Part shown: positions 55,628 to 64,000 of the stretch, piece by piece
Position numbering within the stretch: the stretch's first letter is position 1
Layout of the letters: the number at the start of each line of letters is the position of its first letter
Source of the DNA: a bacterium
GTDB lineage: Bacteria > Patescibacteriota > Gracilibacteria > UBA1369 > GCA-2718715
Assembly: GCA_018662325.1 (NCBI GenBank)
Contig: JABJGM010000002.1
Location: 8,996 to 72,995 of the forward strand
Direction of reading: 5' to 3'
Length of the DNA: 64,000 bases
The notes under the pieces: model-generated
What the model was told of the DNA's origin: nothing
Databases searched by the model: none
What the model saw: only the letters and a program-made list of their open reading frames with translations
Position numbers and translations under genes: made by a program

Positions 55628-56750
55628 TATTGAAGCTTTAAATTATCACGCACAATTTAAAGGTAAAGTTGGAATTCAACCTCTAACTATTGTAGATACA
55701 ATTGAAGATTTAAATTTAGCTTATACTCCAGGTATTGGAGCACCTATTTTAGAGATTCAAAATGATCCTGAAAATGCTTATAAGTACACCTTGAAATCAC
55801 GGTCAGTGGCTGTTGTTTGCAATGGTACTGCTACACTTGGACTTGGAGACACTGGTCCCCTTGCGGCATTACCTGTAATCGAAGGAAAATCTGCTTTAAT
55901 TAAAAAATTTGCTAATTTGGATGCATTTCCTTTGTGTATCGAAGAGAAAGATCCAAAGGCAATAATTAAATTTTGTAAACAAATTGAACCAACATTTGGA
56001 GCTATATTATTAGAAGATATCAAAGCACCTGAATGTTTTGAGATTGAAAGAACTTTAATTGAAGAATTAAACATTCCAGTTTTTCATGATGATCAACATG
56101 GGACTGCAATTGTAGTTTTGGCAGGTTTAATTAATTCAATGAAAATTTTGAATAAAAAGAAAGAAGAATTAAAAGTAGTTATTAATGGAGCAGGGGCTGC
56201 TGGAATTTCTATTGCTGAACAACTTCACTCATTTGGAATTGAAAACATTGTACTTCTTGATTCAAAAGGAATACTTTCTAAAAACAGAACTGATTTAAAT
56301 AAATACAAATTAGAAGCTTTAGAATTTACTAACTCAGAAAATATAGATGGAGATCTTAAAACAGCTATCAAGGATTCAAATTGTTTTATTGGAGTTTCTG
56401 TTGCAAATCTTTTAGATTCCGAAGATATAAAATTAATGGAAAAAGACTCAATTGTTTTTGCTCTTGCTAACCCCGTGCCGGAAATCATGCCTACCGAAGC
56501 AGTAAAAGGTGGCGCTAAAATTGTAGCTACTGGAAGATCTGATTTTGCAAATCAAATAAATAATATTTTAGTTTTTCCTGGAATACTTAAAGGTGCAGTG
56601 GAAAACAGAGTACCTAAAATTACTAGAAAAATGCTTGTGAATGCATCTGTTAATTTAGCTGCAGTAGTTGAAAATCCAAGTGTAGAAAATATTGTTCCAA
56701 AAGCTTTTGATAACGGAGTTATTGAAGCTGTTAGCAAAGCGATTAGCTAA
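55611..56750 (+). CDS. NAD(P)-dependent malic enzyme (short, single-module form)
   Basis: ...ALNYHAQFKGKVGIQPLTIVDTIEDLNLAYTPGIGAP..., ...VVCNGTATLGLGDTGPLAALPVIEGK..., ...FHDDQHGTAIVVLAG..., ...INGAGAAGI... Confidence 0.85.
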   Translation: MNNQNNIEALNYHAQFKGKVGIQPLTIVDTIEDLNLAYTPGIGAPILEIQNDPENAYKYTLKSRSVAVVCNGTATLGLGDTGPLAALPVIEGKSALIKKFANLDAFPLCIEEKDPKAIIKFCKQIEPTFGAILLEDIKAPECFEIERTLIEELNIPVFHDDQHGTAIVVLAGLINSMKILNKKKEELKVVINGAGAAGISIAEQLHSFGIENIVLLDSKGILSKNRTDLNKYKLEALEFTNSENIDGDLKTAIKDSNCFIGVSVANLLDSEDIKLMEKDSIVFALANPVPEIMPTEAVKGGAKIVATGRSDFANQINNILVFPGILKGAVENRVPKITRKMLVNASVNLAAVVENPSVENIVPKAFDNGVIEAVSKAIS

Positions 56751-56767
56751 GTTTTATGTAATCTAGA

Positions 56768-57220
56768 TTACTCTGGGTTGCAAAACTGTTTTATAAAGAC
56801 TTCAAACTCCTCAATGGACTTGAAGTCTTTATAAATTGAGGCGTATCTAATATAAGCTACTTCATCATGATTCAAAAGCATACTCATAATATCATCACCT
56901 ATTGTATTACTGCTTACCTCTGCATTAGTTTTGCCCCATTTATCTTCTAATGAATCCAAATCAAATTTAATGGATTCAGGATTAATATTTCTTTTCTTAA
57001 GTGATCTCCAAATTCCGCTTTCAACTTTCTCTCTATCATAGGGTTCTAAAAAACCATCTTTTTTTTCAATCAATAATTTAGGTCTTGCGCACCTCTCAAA
57101 AGTTGTGAATCTATTCTCACAGCTTTCACACACTCTTCTTCTTCTTACTTCTCTTCCATTTTGAGTATCTCTTGAATCAATTACTCTCGTATTTGAACTA
57201 TTACATTTTGGGCAAATCAT
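56768..57220 (-). CDS. nrdR: Transcriptional repressor NrdR
   Basis: MICPKCNSSNTRVIDSRDTQNGREVRRRRVCESCENRFTTFE is a zinc ribbon, followed by an ATP-cone. Confidence 0.95.
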   Translation of the reverse strand: MICPKCNSSNTRVIDSRDTQNGREVRRRRVCESCENRFTTFERCARPKLLIEKKDGFLEPYDREKVESGIWRSLKKRNINPESIKFDLDSLEDKWGKTNAEVSSNTIGDDIMSMLLNHDEVAYIRYASIYKDFKSIEEFEVFIKQFCNPE

Positions 57221-57298
57221 TTTTAAAAATTTGTTAAGATTTTTTTTATTTTCTTTTAAGTTTTATATCTAATATAATATTACTAAATATTGAAATTT

Positions 57299-58198
57299 AT
57301 GCAATTATCCAAAGCTTTACATGAGTACCTACTTTACTTAGAAATTGAAAAAAATAAGGCTTTTAAGACTATTGAAAATTATCAAAGGTATCTAGGCAAG
57401 TTTATTGATTTTTTAGGTGATATTCCAGTTGAAGAAATTCAACTTGATGATGTAAGAAAATTTAGGCACTACCTAAATCATTTACCTAAGAATTTATCTG
57501 TAAATACTATCAATTATCATTTAATTGCGATAAGAGCTTTCTTTAAATATTTAGCCTTAAGAGATTTTCAGGTTTTAGTTGCTGATAAAATTGAACTTCC
57601 AAAAACTATTAGACCTAAAGTTGAGTTTTTAAATATAGATGAAATTGAAAGACTTCGAGAAGCTTTAAAGGGTAGTACAGTTTCTGACCTTAGAAATATG
57701 GCTATTTTGGAATTGTTTTTCGCTTCTGGATTGAGAATCTCTGAGCTTGTTAGCTTGAATAAATCAGATATTGATTTTAAAACTAAAGAATTTGTAATAC
57801 GTGGAAAAGGAGGAAAACTTAGACCTGCTTTTTTAACTCCAGAGGCTTCAGAAATTTTACAAATTTACTTAAACAGAAGAAAAGATAACTTCAAAGCACT
57901 TTTTATTTCTTTGAGGTTTAAACCCATTTTTGTTGGATCTAAAATAGAATTAGATAAATTTCGACTTTCAACCTATAGAGTCCAAGAAATAATTAGAAAA
58001 GCTTCGCAAAAAGCCGGAATAATTAAAAAAGTAACTCCCCATACTCTCCGGCATAGCTTTGCTACTAATCTATTAAATAATGGGGCTGACATAAGATCTG
58101 TACAAGAAATGCTTGGACATAGTTCAGTAAGTACGACGCAGGTTTATTTACATGTTACTAATAAAAAATTAAAAGAAATTCATAATAAGTTTAGTTGA
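57299..58198 (+). CDS. XerC/XerD-family tyrosine site-specific recombinase
   Basis: SAM-like N-terminal domain. ...GLRISELVSL..., ...HTLRHSFATNLLNNGADIRSVQEMLGHSSVSTTQVYLHV... gives the R..HxxR..Y catalytic set. I prefer the ATG at 57299. Confidence 0.85.
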   Translation: MQLSKALHEYLLYLEIEKNKAFKTIENYQRYLGKFIDFLGDIPVEEIQLDDVRKFRHYLNHLPKNLSVNTINYHLIAIRAFFKYLALRDFQVLVADKIELPKTIRPKVEFLNIDEIERLREALKGSTVSDLRNMAILELFFASGLRISELVSLNKSDIDFKTKEFVIRGKGGKLRPAFLTPEASEILQIYLNRRKDNFKALFISLRFKPIFVGSKIELDKFRLSTYRVQEIIRKASQKAGIIKKVTPHTLRHSFATNLLNNGADIRSVQEMLGHSSVSTTQVYLHVTNKKLKEIHNKFS

Positions 58199-58245
58199 TT
58201 TGAAATTAATTTTAGAATATATTTTAATCTATTAAAGTTTTACTT

Positions 58246-59211
58246 ATGCTTAAAAAATGTAAAATCATAGTCCTCTTGTGTGGTTTATTTTCATTACTTT
58301 CTTCCTATGCATTCAGTCAAACTTCGGTTTTTTTACCTAGAACTTCTTATCTTGAAAATTCAGATATAAAGTTTAGTGTTAGGGTTAAAAACATGAAAAA
58401 TTCTTTTTTAGATTTAAATTTTAATACAAATTGTCATTTTAGATTTCGAGTATACAAGAACAAACAACTAATTTATCCAAAATACTGGTATGAAACCTGT
58501 CGGGCTTTTGCAAATAATAGAGTTGTATTGAATAATAATGCAGCTATTGAGAATGAATTCATTATACCTGGTAACACCTTGTCTACGGGGAATTATTTGG
58601 TTGTAAACACTGTGAACAATGTAGATCTAAGACAGGTTATTTCTTTTGAAATTGTAAAAAAACCAACTTTAGTTTCTGGTCTTGGTGAAATTTGTGCTGG
58701 ATATCAAAATATTCAATGTGACCTTGGTTTAAGATGCGACATGGATAATAAAGACGATGGTAAGTTTGGAATTTGTAAAATTTCTGAAGTTTCGATTAAT
58801 AACTCATTGGGTTTATCAAGAAATTCATATAATGAATCTTTAGAAGAAAATACTCTTAAAAATTTAAATGAAAAAAATGAAATTAAAGAGGATTCTTTTG
58901 TATCGTTAAATGATTTTTACGACACTTTGTATTATTTGAATCCCACGAAACTATATAGATCAAAATCAAATAATTTTATTAAAAGAGCAGAAGCTTTATC
59001 TTTATTTGTAAAAATATTCTATGGAGAGGTTAACGATAATCGTCTGGACGGTTATTTGTTTGCAGATACTATTTTTTCAAAACACAGAAAAGAGATTGAC
59101 TTTGCATATCTCGAATTTCTAAATAGAGGTGAACAAATTTATTTTAGGCCAAATGATTATCTATTGAATTCAGAATTTTATAAATGGATAAATTCTTTAA
59201 ACAAAAAATAA
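58246..59211 (+). CDS. Secreted hypothetical protein with a four-Cys knot-like motif and a possibly SLH-like C-terminus
   Basis: Signal peptide MLKKCKIIVLLCGLFSLLSSYAFS. ...GEICAGYQNIQCDLGLRCDMDNKDDGKFGICK... The C-terminal ...FIKRAEALSLFVKIF... loosely resembles SLH. Confidence 0.5.
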   Translation: MLKKCKIIVLLCGLFSLLSSYAFSQTSVFLPRTSYLENSDIKFSVRVKNMKNSFLDLNFNTNCHFRFRVYKNKQLIYPKYWYETCRAFANNRVVLNNNAAIENEFIIPGNTLSTGNYLVVNTVNNVDLRQVISFEIVKKPTLVSGLGEICAGYQNIQCDLGLRCDMDNKDDGKFGICKISEVSINNSLGLSRNSYNESLEENTLKNLNEKNEIKEDSFVSLNDFYDTLYYLNPTKLYRSKSNNFIKRAEALSLFVKIFYGEVNDNRLDGYLFADTIFSKHRKEIDFAYLEFLNRGEQIYFRPNDYLLNSEFYKWINSLNKK

Positions 59212-59230
59212 AATTTGCTATAGTAAGTAT

Positions 59231-59923
59231 ATGAAATCAATTATTTTTCTTTTATTATTATTGTCATTGAGTATTTTTGCTTACATTAAGCAAGATGAGC
59301 TTGTTGATGTTTTAGTTGGTGAAGAAAAAAATCAGGAAGTTCAAATTGAAAATAATATAAAAATTGAATCCGAAAGTGAATCTCGAGATGAATTTTTAGA
59401 TTTTCAAAATTCGAGAAGTTTAGATGATGACTTTAATTCAGACTTAGCTCCGGAAACAAATGATAAAATAATTGAAACTCAATTGGAAATGGGAAGAGAG
59501 AATCAATTAATTCAAGAAATCTTAAGCTTTAAAAACTTTGAATCACAGGCTTTAAACTTAACTTACTATGATGAACTTAATTTTGTAGAGGTTGAAAGAT
59601 CTTTAATTGATATTATAGAAAATGAGCAAAAGGTTGGTGAAATTACTTTAATTGAAAACATTCAAGAGTCTAGTATAGAAAGTTATTTTAAAAATCAATC
59701 ATTTGATTTGATTCAAGATGCAAATAATCAAGGGGTTTATATTGATGCCTTTGAACAAAGCTTTTTTGAGGAAACCTTTAAATTAGTTGGCTTTAAAGGA
59801 CTGAAATACTATGACTATTATTTTTTTAGAAAAAATACAGAAATTGTAATGTTAAAAATAGAGTCAAAATCTAAAGACTTAAATTTTGAGAGAGTAATTG
59901 TTTCTTCGTTGCGATTAAAGTAA
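59231..59923 (+). CDS. Secreted/anchored hypothetical acidic protein
   Basis: N-terminal hydrophobic MKSIIFLLLLLSLSIFAY. No family recognised. Confidence 0.5.
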   Translation: MKSIIFLLLLLSLSIFAYIKQDELVDVLVGEEKNQEVQIENNIKIESESESRDEFLDFQNSRSLDDDFNSDLAPETNDKIIETQLEMGRENQLIQEILSFKNFESQALNLTYYDELNFVEVERSLIDIIENEQKVGEITLIENIQESSIESYFKNQSFDLIQDANNQGVYIDAFEQSFFEETFKLVGFKGLKYYDYYFFRKNTEIVMLKIESKSKDLNFERVIVSSLRLK

Positions 59924-59993
59924 TTTACAATTTGTAAACTTTAAAAGTTTCTTAAAAAATGATATAATTTAAATTAATAATTAATCTTTTTTT

Positions 59994-61385
59994 ATGTACC
60001 TTGGTTTTTATGGAGCTGCTAGAGAAGTTACAGGCTCAAAACATTTACTTAGAATTAATGGAAAGAATATTTTAATGGATTGTGGTTTTTTTCAAGGGCA
60101 TAGAAAAAAAGCTAGAGAGAAAAATGAAAAATTTTTATTTGATCCAAAAAAAATTGACTATGTAATTCTATCTCATGCTCACATGGATCACTCAGGATTA
60201 TTACCCATGCTTGTAAAACAAGGATACAAAGGACCTATTTTATGTACATCGGCAACTCGTGATTTGTGTACATATATGTTACAGGATTCAGCAAAAATTC
60301 AACAAAGTGAAGTTGATTTTATGCTCAAACGGAAAAAAGAAGTTGTACTTCCTTTGTATGGAATGGAAGATGTACTTCCTACTATTTCACAGATGATGAC
60401 TGTTCCATACAATATGAAACATACTGTTTGTGAAGGAGTAAGCCTTACGTTTTTAGATGCTGGGCATATTCTGGGTTCAGCTATGATAGTATTGGAACTT
60501 GAAGAAAATGGTAATAAGAAAACTTTAACTTTCACAGGAGACCTTGGAAGAAAAGGATTGCCAATTCTTAAAGATCCATCTTATATTGATAAAACTGATA
60601 TATTAATTACCGAGTCAACTTATGGAAATAGATTTCATAAGTTTATTGATGATGTAGATGAATATCTAGAAGAATTACTAAAAAAAGCCATCGCAAGAGG
60701 TGGGAAAATTATTATTCCGGCATTTGCTCTAGAAAGAACTCAAGAAGTTGTTTATTACACTCATCTTTTAATTAAGTCTGGAAGAATTCCTAAAATTCCA
60801 ATCTATGTAGACTCCCCTTTGGCTACAAATGTAACCGATGTATTTAGAGCTCACCCAGAGTGTTTTGATAAAGAGGTGTATGATGAATTTTTCAAGAATA
60901 ATAAAAATCCATTTGGTTTTGGAATGTTAAAATATACAAACTCAGTTCAGGAGTCTAAAAATCTTAACAATATTCACGGTCCTATGATTATTATTTCTGC
61001 TTCTGGGATGTGTGAATTCGGTAGAGTTTTACACCATTTGAATAATAATCTTTCGGATCCTAAAAACTTAGTATTAATTGTTGGGTATCAAGCTCAAAAC
61101 ACCCTAGGAAGAAAGCTAGTAAACGGCGATAAATCAGTCAAGATTTTTGGGGAAATGGTTGATGTTAAAGCTGAAGTTGCTGTGGTTGATGCATTTTCTG
61201 GGCATGCTGATAGATCAGATTTGATTGATTTTATTTCTCATGTAAAAGGGGTAAAAGAAGTTTTTGTTGTCCATGGTGAAGAAAATCAAGGTTTAACCTT
61301 TAAAGAGATACTAAAAGATCTAACTCCAGAAGCTAAAGTTGTGGTACCGCGCTTAGCTGAAAGTTTTGAAATTGGAAACTATTAA
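59994..61385 (+). CDS. Metallo-beta-lactamase / beta-CASP family ribonuclease (CPSF73 / RNase J-like)
   Basis: ...GSKHLLRINGKNILMDCG..., HAHMDHSG (HxHxDH), ...ESTYGNR..., and the beta-CASP and C-terminal ...FSGHADRSDL... motifs. Confidence 0.85.
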   Translation: MYLGFYGAAREVTGSKHLLRINGKNILMDCGFFQGHRKKAREKNEKFLFDPKKIDYVILSHAHMDHSGLLPMLVKQGYKGPILCTSATRDLCTYMLQDSAKIQQSEVDFMLKRKKEVVLPLYGMEDVLPTISQMMTVPYNMKHTVCEGVSLTFLDAGHILGSAMIVLELEENGNKKTLTFTGDLGRKGLPILKDPSYIDKTDILITESTYGNRFHKFIDDVDEYLEELLKKAIARGGKIIIPAFALERTQEVVYYTHLLIKSGRIPKIPIYVDSPLATNVTDVFRAHPECFDKEVYDEFFKNNKNPFGFGMLKYTNSVQESKNLNNIHGPMIIISASGMCEFGRVLHHLNNNLSDPKNLVLIVGYQAQNTLGRKLVNGDKSVKIFGEMVDVKAEVAVVDAFSGHADRSDLIDFISHVKGVKEVFVVHGEENQGLTFKEILKDLTPEAKVVVPRLAESFEIGNY

Positions 61386-61398
61386 TTTTTAAAAAGAG

Positions 61399-61424
61399 AA
61401 AAAGCTCCAGATGGAGCTTTTTTA
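61399..61424. terminator. Bidirectional intrinsic terminator between convergent genes
   Basis: AAAAAGCTCCA-GA-TGGAGCTTTTTT, flanked by an A-run and a T-run. Confidence 0.7.
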
Positions 61425-64000
61425 TTATTGGTTTATAAAAGTTACAAGATTGCCTTTTGGAGCAAATGGTAAGTTTTCTGTAACCAAAGATGCATTAATA
61501 GAATCATCTTCATTAAAGATATTTGGATTATAAGGACTCCAGTTTGCATCCTCATCTCTTAAATAAAAACTAAAAGGAACTCTAATTTCACCTTCAAAAG
61601 TATATCGTTCGTAGTACCCTTCTACATACATTAATCCAACTTGAATAGTATCGGCTCCATTTACAAACTCTGGTGTAACTTGACCTATAAATGAAACTGG
61701 AATGTAATATTGGGTCTCCGGAATTGCACTTAAATCATTTATAAAACCCCGAACTCTTAATTGACAGTCTTGGGAATCACGAGTATCGATGTAAAAATAA
61801 CTGTTTGTGATATTCCTATTTGGAACTACAATATCATCTACTGAAATTTGAGGAAATGCTTCCTGAGCTTTATCTCTTTTACCAAAAACTAATCTAGTTA
61901 TACAGGTTCTTTTGAAAGAATGATTTGAAAAACTAAAACTTCCTAGATCAACTCTATTTGGAACTTGGTCTAAACCAAGGTTAATAATTGAATGCTCTTG
62001 AAATCCTGGGGTTATGAAAAGATTAGGAGAATTATAAAAATAATTAACAGCTTTTTCATTAAAAGGAATTGGTCTTTCTACGTCCCAAATGTCTGCATTG
62101 ACCGGCACAGTTTGCCCCTCTTGATCAAGAACTTGTAATTCAGTTAAATTAAATTTCAACCTGGGTGGTAACTGCTCTAATTGATCTGGAATTTGCACAG
62201 GATTTTCTTGTAGAGAAGTGATTTTTAAACTATAAGAATCCCAATCAAAATTATTTAAATCAAATTCAATATTATAAGCACTGTTTCCTTGAGGTATGTT
62301 TATTAATTCAGAATAAATAATTTGCTCAGTAAATGAACGTGTAACTTCAAGTAAAGCTGGAATACCTTCATGAAACGCTAAGTTAAGATCAAAAGATAAT
62401 CTTGTGAAATTACCAACGCCTTCAAAACCAATTTCGACTAAACTTGAATTGTGGAGAGGGTTGTTTTCAAAAAATTGTACTCCTGAATCATTAACTCTAT
62501 CTGTTTCTCCATAGAAATGAACATTAAAAGCATCGACCACATCTGGCACCCCCCAGGTAGTCTGCAAGCTCTCTATAAGACCTTCTGTCCAAAGATTATG
62601 CAAGTAAAAAGTTGACCATCCTCGATTTGTAATTTGTTGATCTACAGGGAAATCTAATCTATTTAAATGGCATGAAAGAGTACTGTTTAATTCTGGCTCA
62701 ATATTTTCTTGTAAAGCTTGGGGATCATGATTCAGGAACATTCTAAGATGTCCATTTTGATTTACACCAAGAGAAGGAATGGTTATTGGGAATTGATTTT
62801 GACCTTCATTCATCTGAAAAATTTGAGAAGAAGTTTGCTCGTTAAAAACTCGATCTAAAACAACCGAATAAGAACCACTAGTGGAATCACAAGTTAGAAT
62901 TCCTTCGATAGATTCAGGATTATGCGAATTAATGTATGTTTCGAAATTCAATTGATATAATTTTCCTAAATATGGAAAAATTTCAGTTGAACCATCTTCT
63001 AGAGAAATATGATCTGCGAAATTAGCAAAATAATTATATTGATCAGAAGATTTCAAACTTACAGCATCAAACAATCTAAATATGAAAGCGTTCGAGAATG
63101 TTAACCCAATAGTGTCATCTGTAATATAAAAAGGCAAAGACATTTCATCGGCATTTTGTCTTAGACCTGCAAAAAATCTTACTTTAATTGCAGATTCAGC
63201 TGAAATTGGAATATAATTTTCAGGATTAATTGTTAGCGACGTCATATCGGAAATCTGTAAATTATCTAAATCAATACCCTCAAACCTTACTTCAACATCG
63301 AAGTTCCATCCATGTCTAAGACCATATGATAAATTATTAAGAATAATTATATCATCAGTTGGATTAGAATATTCAAAACAGGCAACTTCTACTGGATTTT
63401 CAAAATCTTGGGTTGATACTTGATAATAAGACTGAGACATAATTTCAGGTATTTGAGGTTCAAACTGTTGAAATTCATGTGAACTAGGGAAAAATTCGAT
63501 ATCTTGTTGCCTTAAAAGTTGACCTGGTAAGTTTGGCTCTAAAAGTTCGCAAGGTCGAACCTGAATTTGAGCAAAATCTTCTGATGGCTCAAAAACCATT
63601 AGCGGTTCCATGTCTGGCTCTGGTTCCATATCTGGTTCCATATCTGGTTCCATATCTGGTTCTAGTTCCATGTCTGGTTCTGGTTCTGGTTCTGGTTCCA
63701 TATCTTGTTCTAGTTCCATGTCTGGTTCTGGTTCCATATCTGGCTCCATGTCTGGCTCTGGCGTTGGTATAGAGGAATCATTCATCTCATCTGCAAATTG
63801 ATCTAGCATCTGATTTATTTGGCTGCCATCATCATCCGGACCTTGGTCAGCATAAACATAAACTGTTTCAGTTTGAGTTTCTCCTGGAACCTCAACGTAG
63901 ACAGTTTCTCCTGGTTTTTCGACTACTTTAATTTCAGTACAAGCTAAAGACAAAAACATCAATCCAATAAAGGTTGAAGAGGAAATGGAAAATTTTTCTA
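61425..64000 (-). CDS. Large lipoprotein-like surface protein with an N-proximal P-D-M-E acidic repeat; N-terminus runs off the window
   Basis: My own translation shows the frame stays open upstream of the tracked TTG to the window edge (...EKFSISSSTFIGLMFLSLAC/TEIK). That gives a signal peptide with a lipobox-like SLAC. PEPDMEPDMEPEPDMELEQDME... follows, then about 700 aa of unknown fold. Confidence 0.7.
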   Translation of the reverse strand, partial: EKFSISSSTFIGLMFLSLACTEIKVVEKPGETVYVEVPGETQTETVYVYADQGPDDDGSQINQMLDQFADEMNDSSIPTPEPDMEPDMEPEPDMELEQDMEPEPEPEPDMELEPDMEPDMEPDMEPEPDMEPLMVFEPSEDFAQIQVRPCELLEPNLPGQLLRQQDIEFFPSSHEFQQFEPQIPEIMSQSYYQVSTQDFENPVEVACFEYSNPTDDIIILNNLSYGLRHGWNFDVEVRFEGIDLDNLQISDMTSLTINPENYIPISAESAIKVRFFAGLRQNADEMSLPFYITDDTIGLTFSNAFIFRLFDAVSLKSSDQYNYFANFADHISLEDGSTEIFPYLGKLYQLNFETYINSHNPESIEGILTCDSTSGSYSVVLDRVFNEQTSSQIFQMNEGQNQFPITIPSLGVNQNGHLRMFLNHDPQALQENIEPELNSTLSCHLNRLDFPVDQQITNRGWSTFYLHNLWTEGLIESLQTTWGVPDVVDAFNVHFYGETDRVNDSGVQFFENNPLHNSSLVEIGFEGVGNFTRLSFDLNLAFHEGIPALLEVTRSFTEQIIYSELINIPQGNSAYNIEFDLNNFDWDSYSLKITSLQENPVQIPDQLEQLPPRLKFNLTELQVLDQEGQTVPVNADIWDVERPIPFNEKAVNYFYNSPNLFITPGFQEHSIINLGLDQVPNRVDLGSFSFSNHSFKRTCITRLVFGKRDKAQEAFPQISVDDIVVPNRNITNSYFYIDTRDSQDCQLRVRGFINDLSAIPETQYYIPVSFIGQVTPEFVNGADTIQVGLMYVEGYYERYTFEGEIRVPFSFYLRDEDANWSPYNPNIFNEDDSINASLVTENLPFAPKGNLVTFINQ
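63604..63762 (-). repeat. In-frame micro-repeat (12-nt and 6-nt units) encoding (P)DME/PE units
   Basis: The plus strand shows ggttccatatct x3 in perfect tandem, ggttct x3, and further variants (ccatgtctgg...). I counted 9 D-M-E triplets in the translation. Confidence 0.85.

Noticed and set aside
57299-58198. Tyrosine recombinase as a marker of a prophage or integrative element.
   Set aside because: Its size and motifs fit housekeeping XerC/XerD. It is flanked by nrdR and ordinary genes, and I saw no att-like direct repeats, phage genes or adjacent tRNA.
63533-63801. Two plus-strand ORFs (LVPYLVPYLV... and SGSISGSISG...) across the P-D-M-E repeat.
   Set aside because: These are alternative-frame and antisense readings of the same micro-repeat, nested in the 845-aa minus-strand gene.
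1-64000. Alternative genetic code (UGA as Gly or Trp), as found in some AT-rich reduced lineages.
   Set aside because: Conserved genes read full-length in the standard code, and some end at TGA (for example 15300-16775). No TGA-interrupted homologs were seen.

Overview
This is a very AT-rich, tightly packed bacterial chromosomal segment. It reads cleanly in the standard code: long ORFs are not broken by TGA, so there is no sign of UGA recoding. I support about 60 protein genes, two tRNAs that both encode their CCA ends (Phe-GAA and Gly-GCC), a few hairpin terminators and one near-consensus promoter.

Gene content is mostly housekeeping:
- Nucleotide metabolism and redox: thyA-folA, trxA, nrdR.
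- Recombination and transcription: recA-recX-nusA, dprA, rmuC.
- tRNA and rRNA functions: alaS, hisS, miaB, tsaD, rsmI, rlmH, a CCA-adding enzyme and an m5U methyltransferase.
- Other core functions: ychF, rnhA, malic enzyme and a beta-CASP RNase.

Envelope and surface genes are interleaved with these:
- Pilus-related: three consecutive prepilin-type genes and a PilB/GspE ATPase.
- Cell wall: a sortase, a fused Amidase_2 + SpoIID wall hydrolase, SLH-domain proteins and a DUF4012 protein.
- Glycosylation: two GT4 glycosyltransferases, a Wzy_C/TPR membrane protein and two tandem sugar-nucleotidyltransferase paralogs.

The small gene sizes, overlapping convergent genes, rarity of Shine-Dalgarno motifs and gene repertoire suggest a reduced-genome monoderm lineage such as CPR/Patescibacteria. 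That placement is inference only.

The stretch most worth a second look is about 23.2-31.0 kb:
- A complete TsaB domain reads through into a membrane helix and an unknown region.
- The next gene encodes a secreted protein with a periodic D-M-E acidic repeat array and a Cys-containing C-terminal sorting-like tail.
- Three pseudopilin genes follow, facing a convergent Wzy_C/TPR gene.
- This is followed by the longest non-coding gap in the window (485 nt), which looks structured.

A second, independently encoded P-D-M-E repeat stalk sits in a large lipoprotein at the right edge. Other oddities are an RNB nuclease with no OB folds and a dsRBD-like tail, a DsbA-like protein whose CxxC is SxxS, a short AlaRS without C-Ala, and a small protein built from a 66-aa duplication.

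No CRISPR array, transposase, prophage or recognisable defence system was seen. All family assignments come from motif recognition by eye, not from searches.
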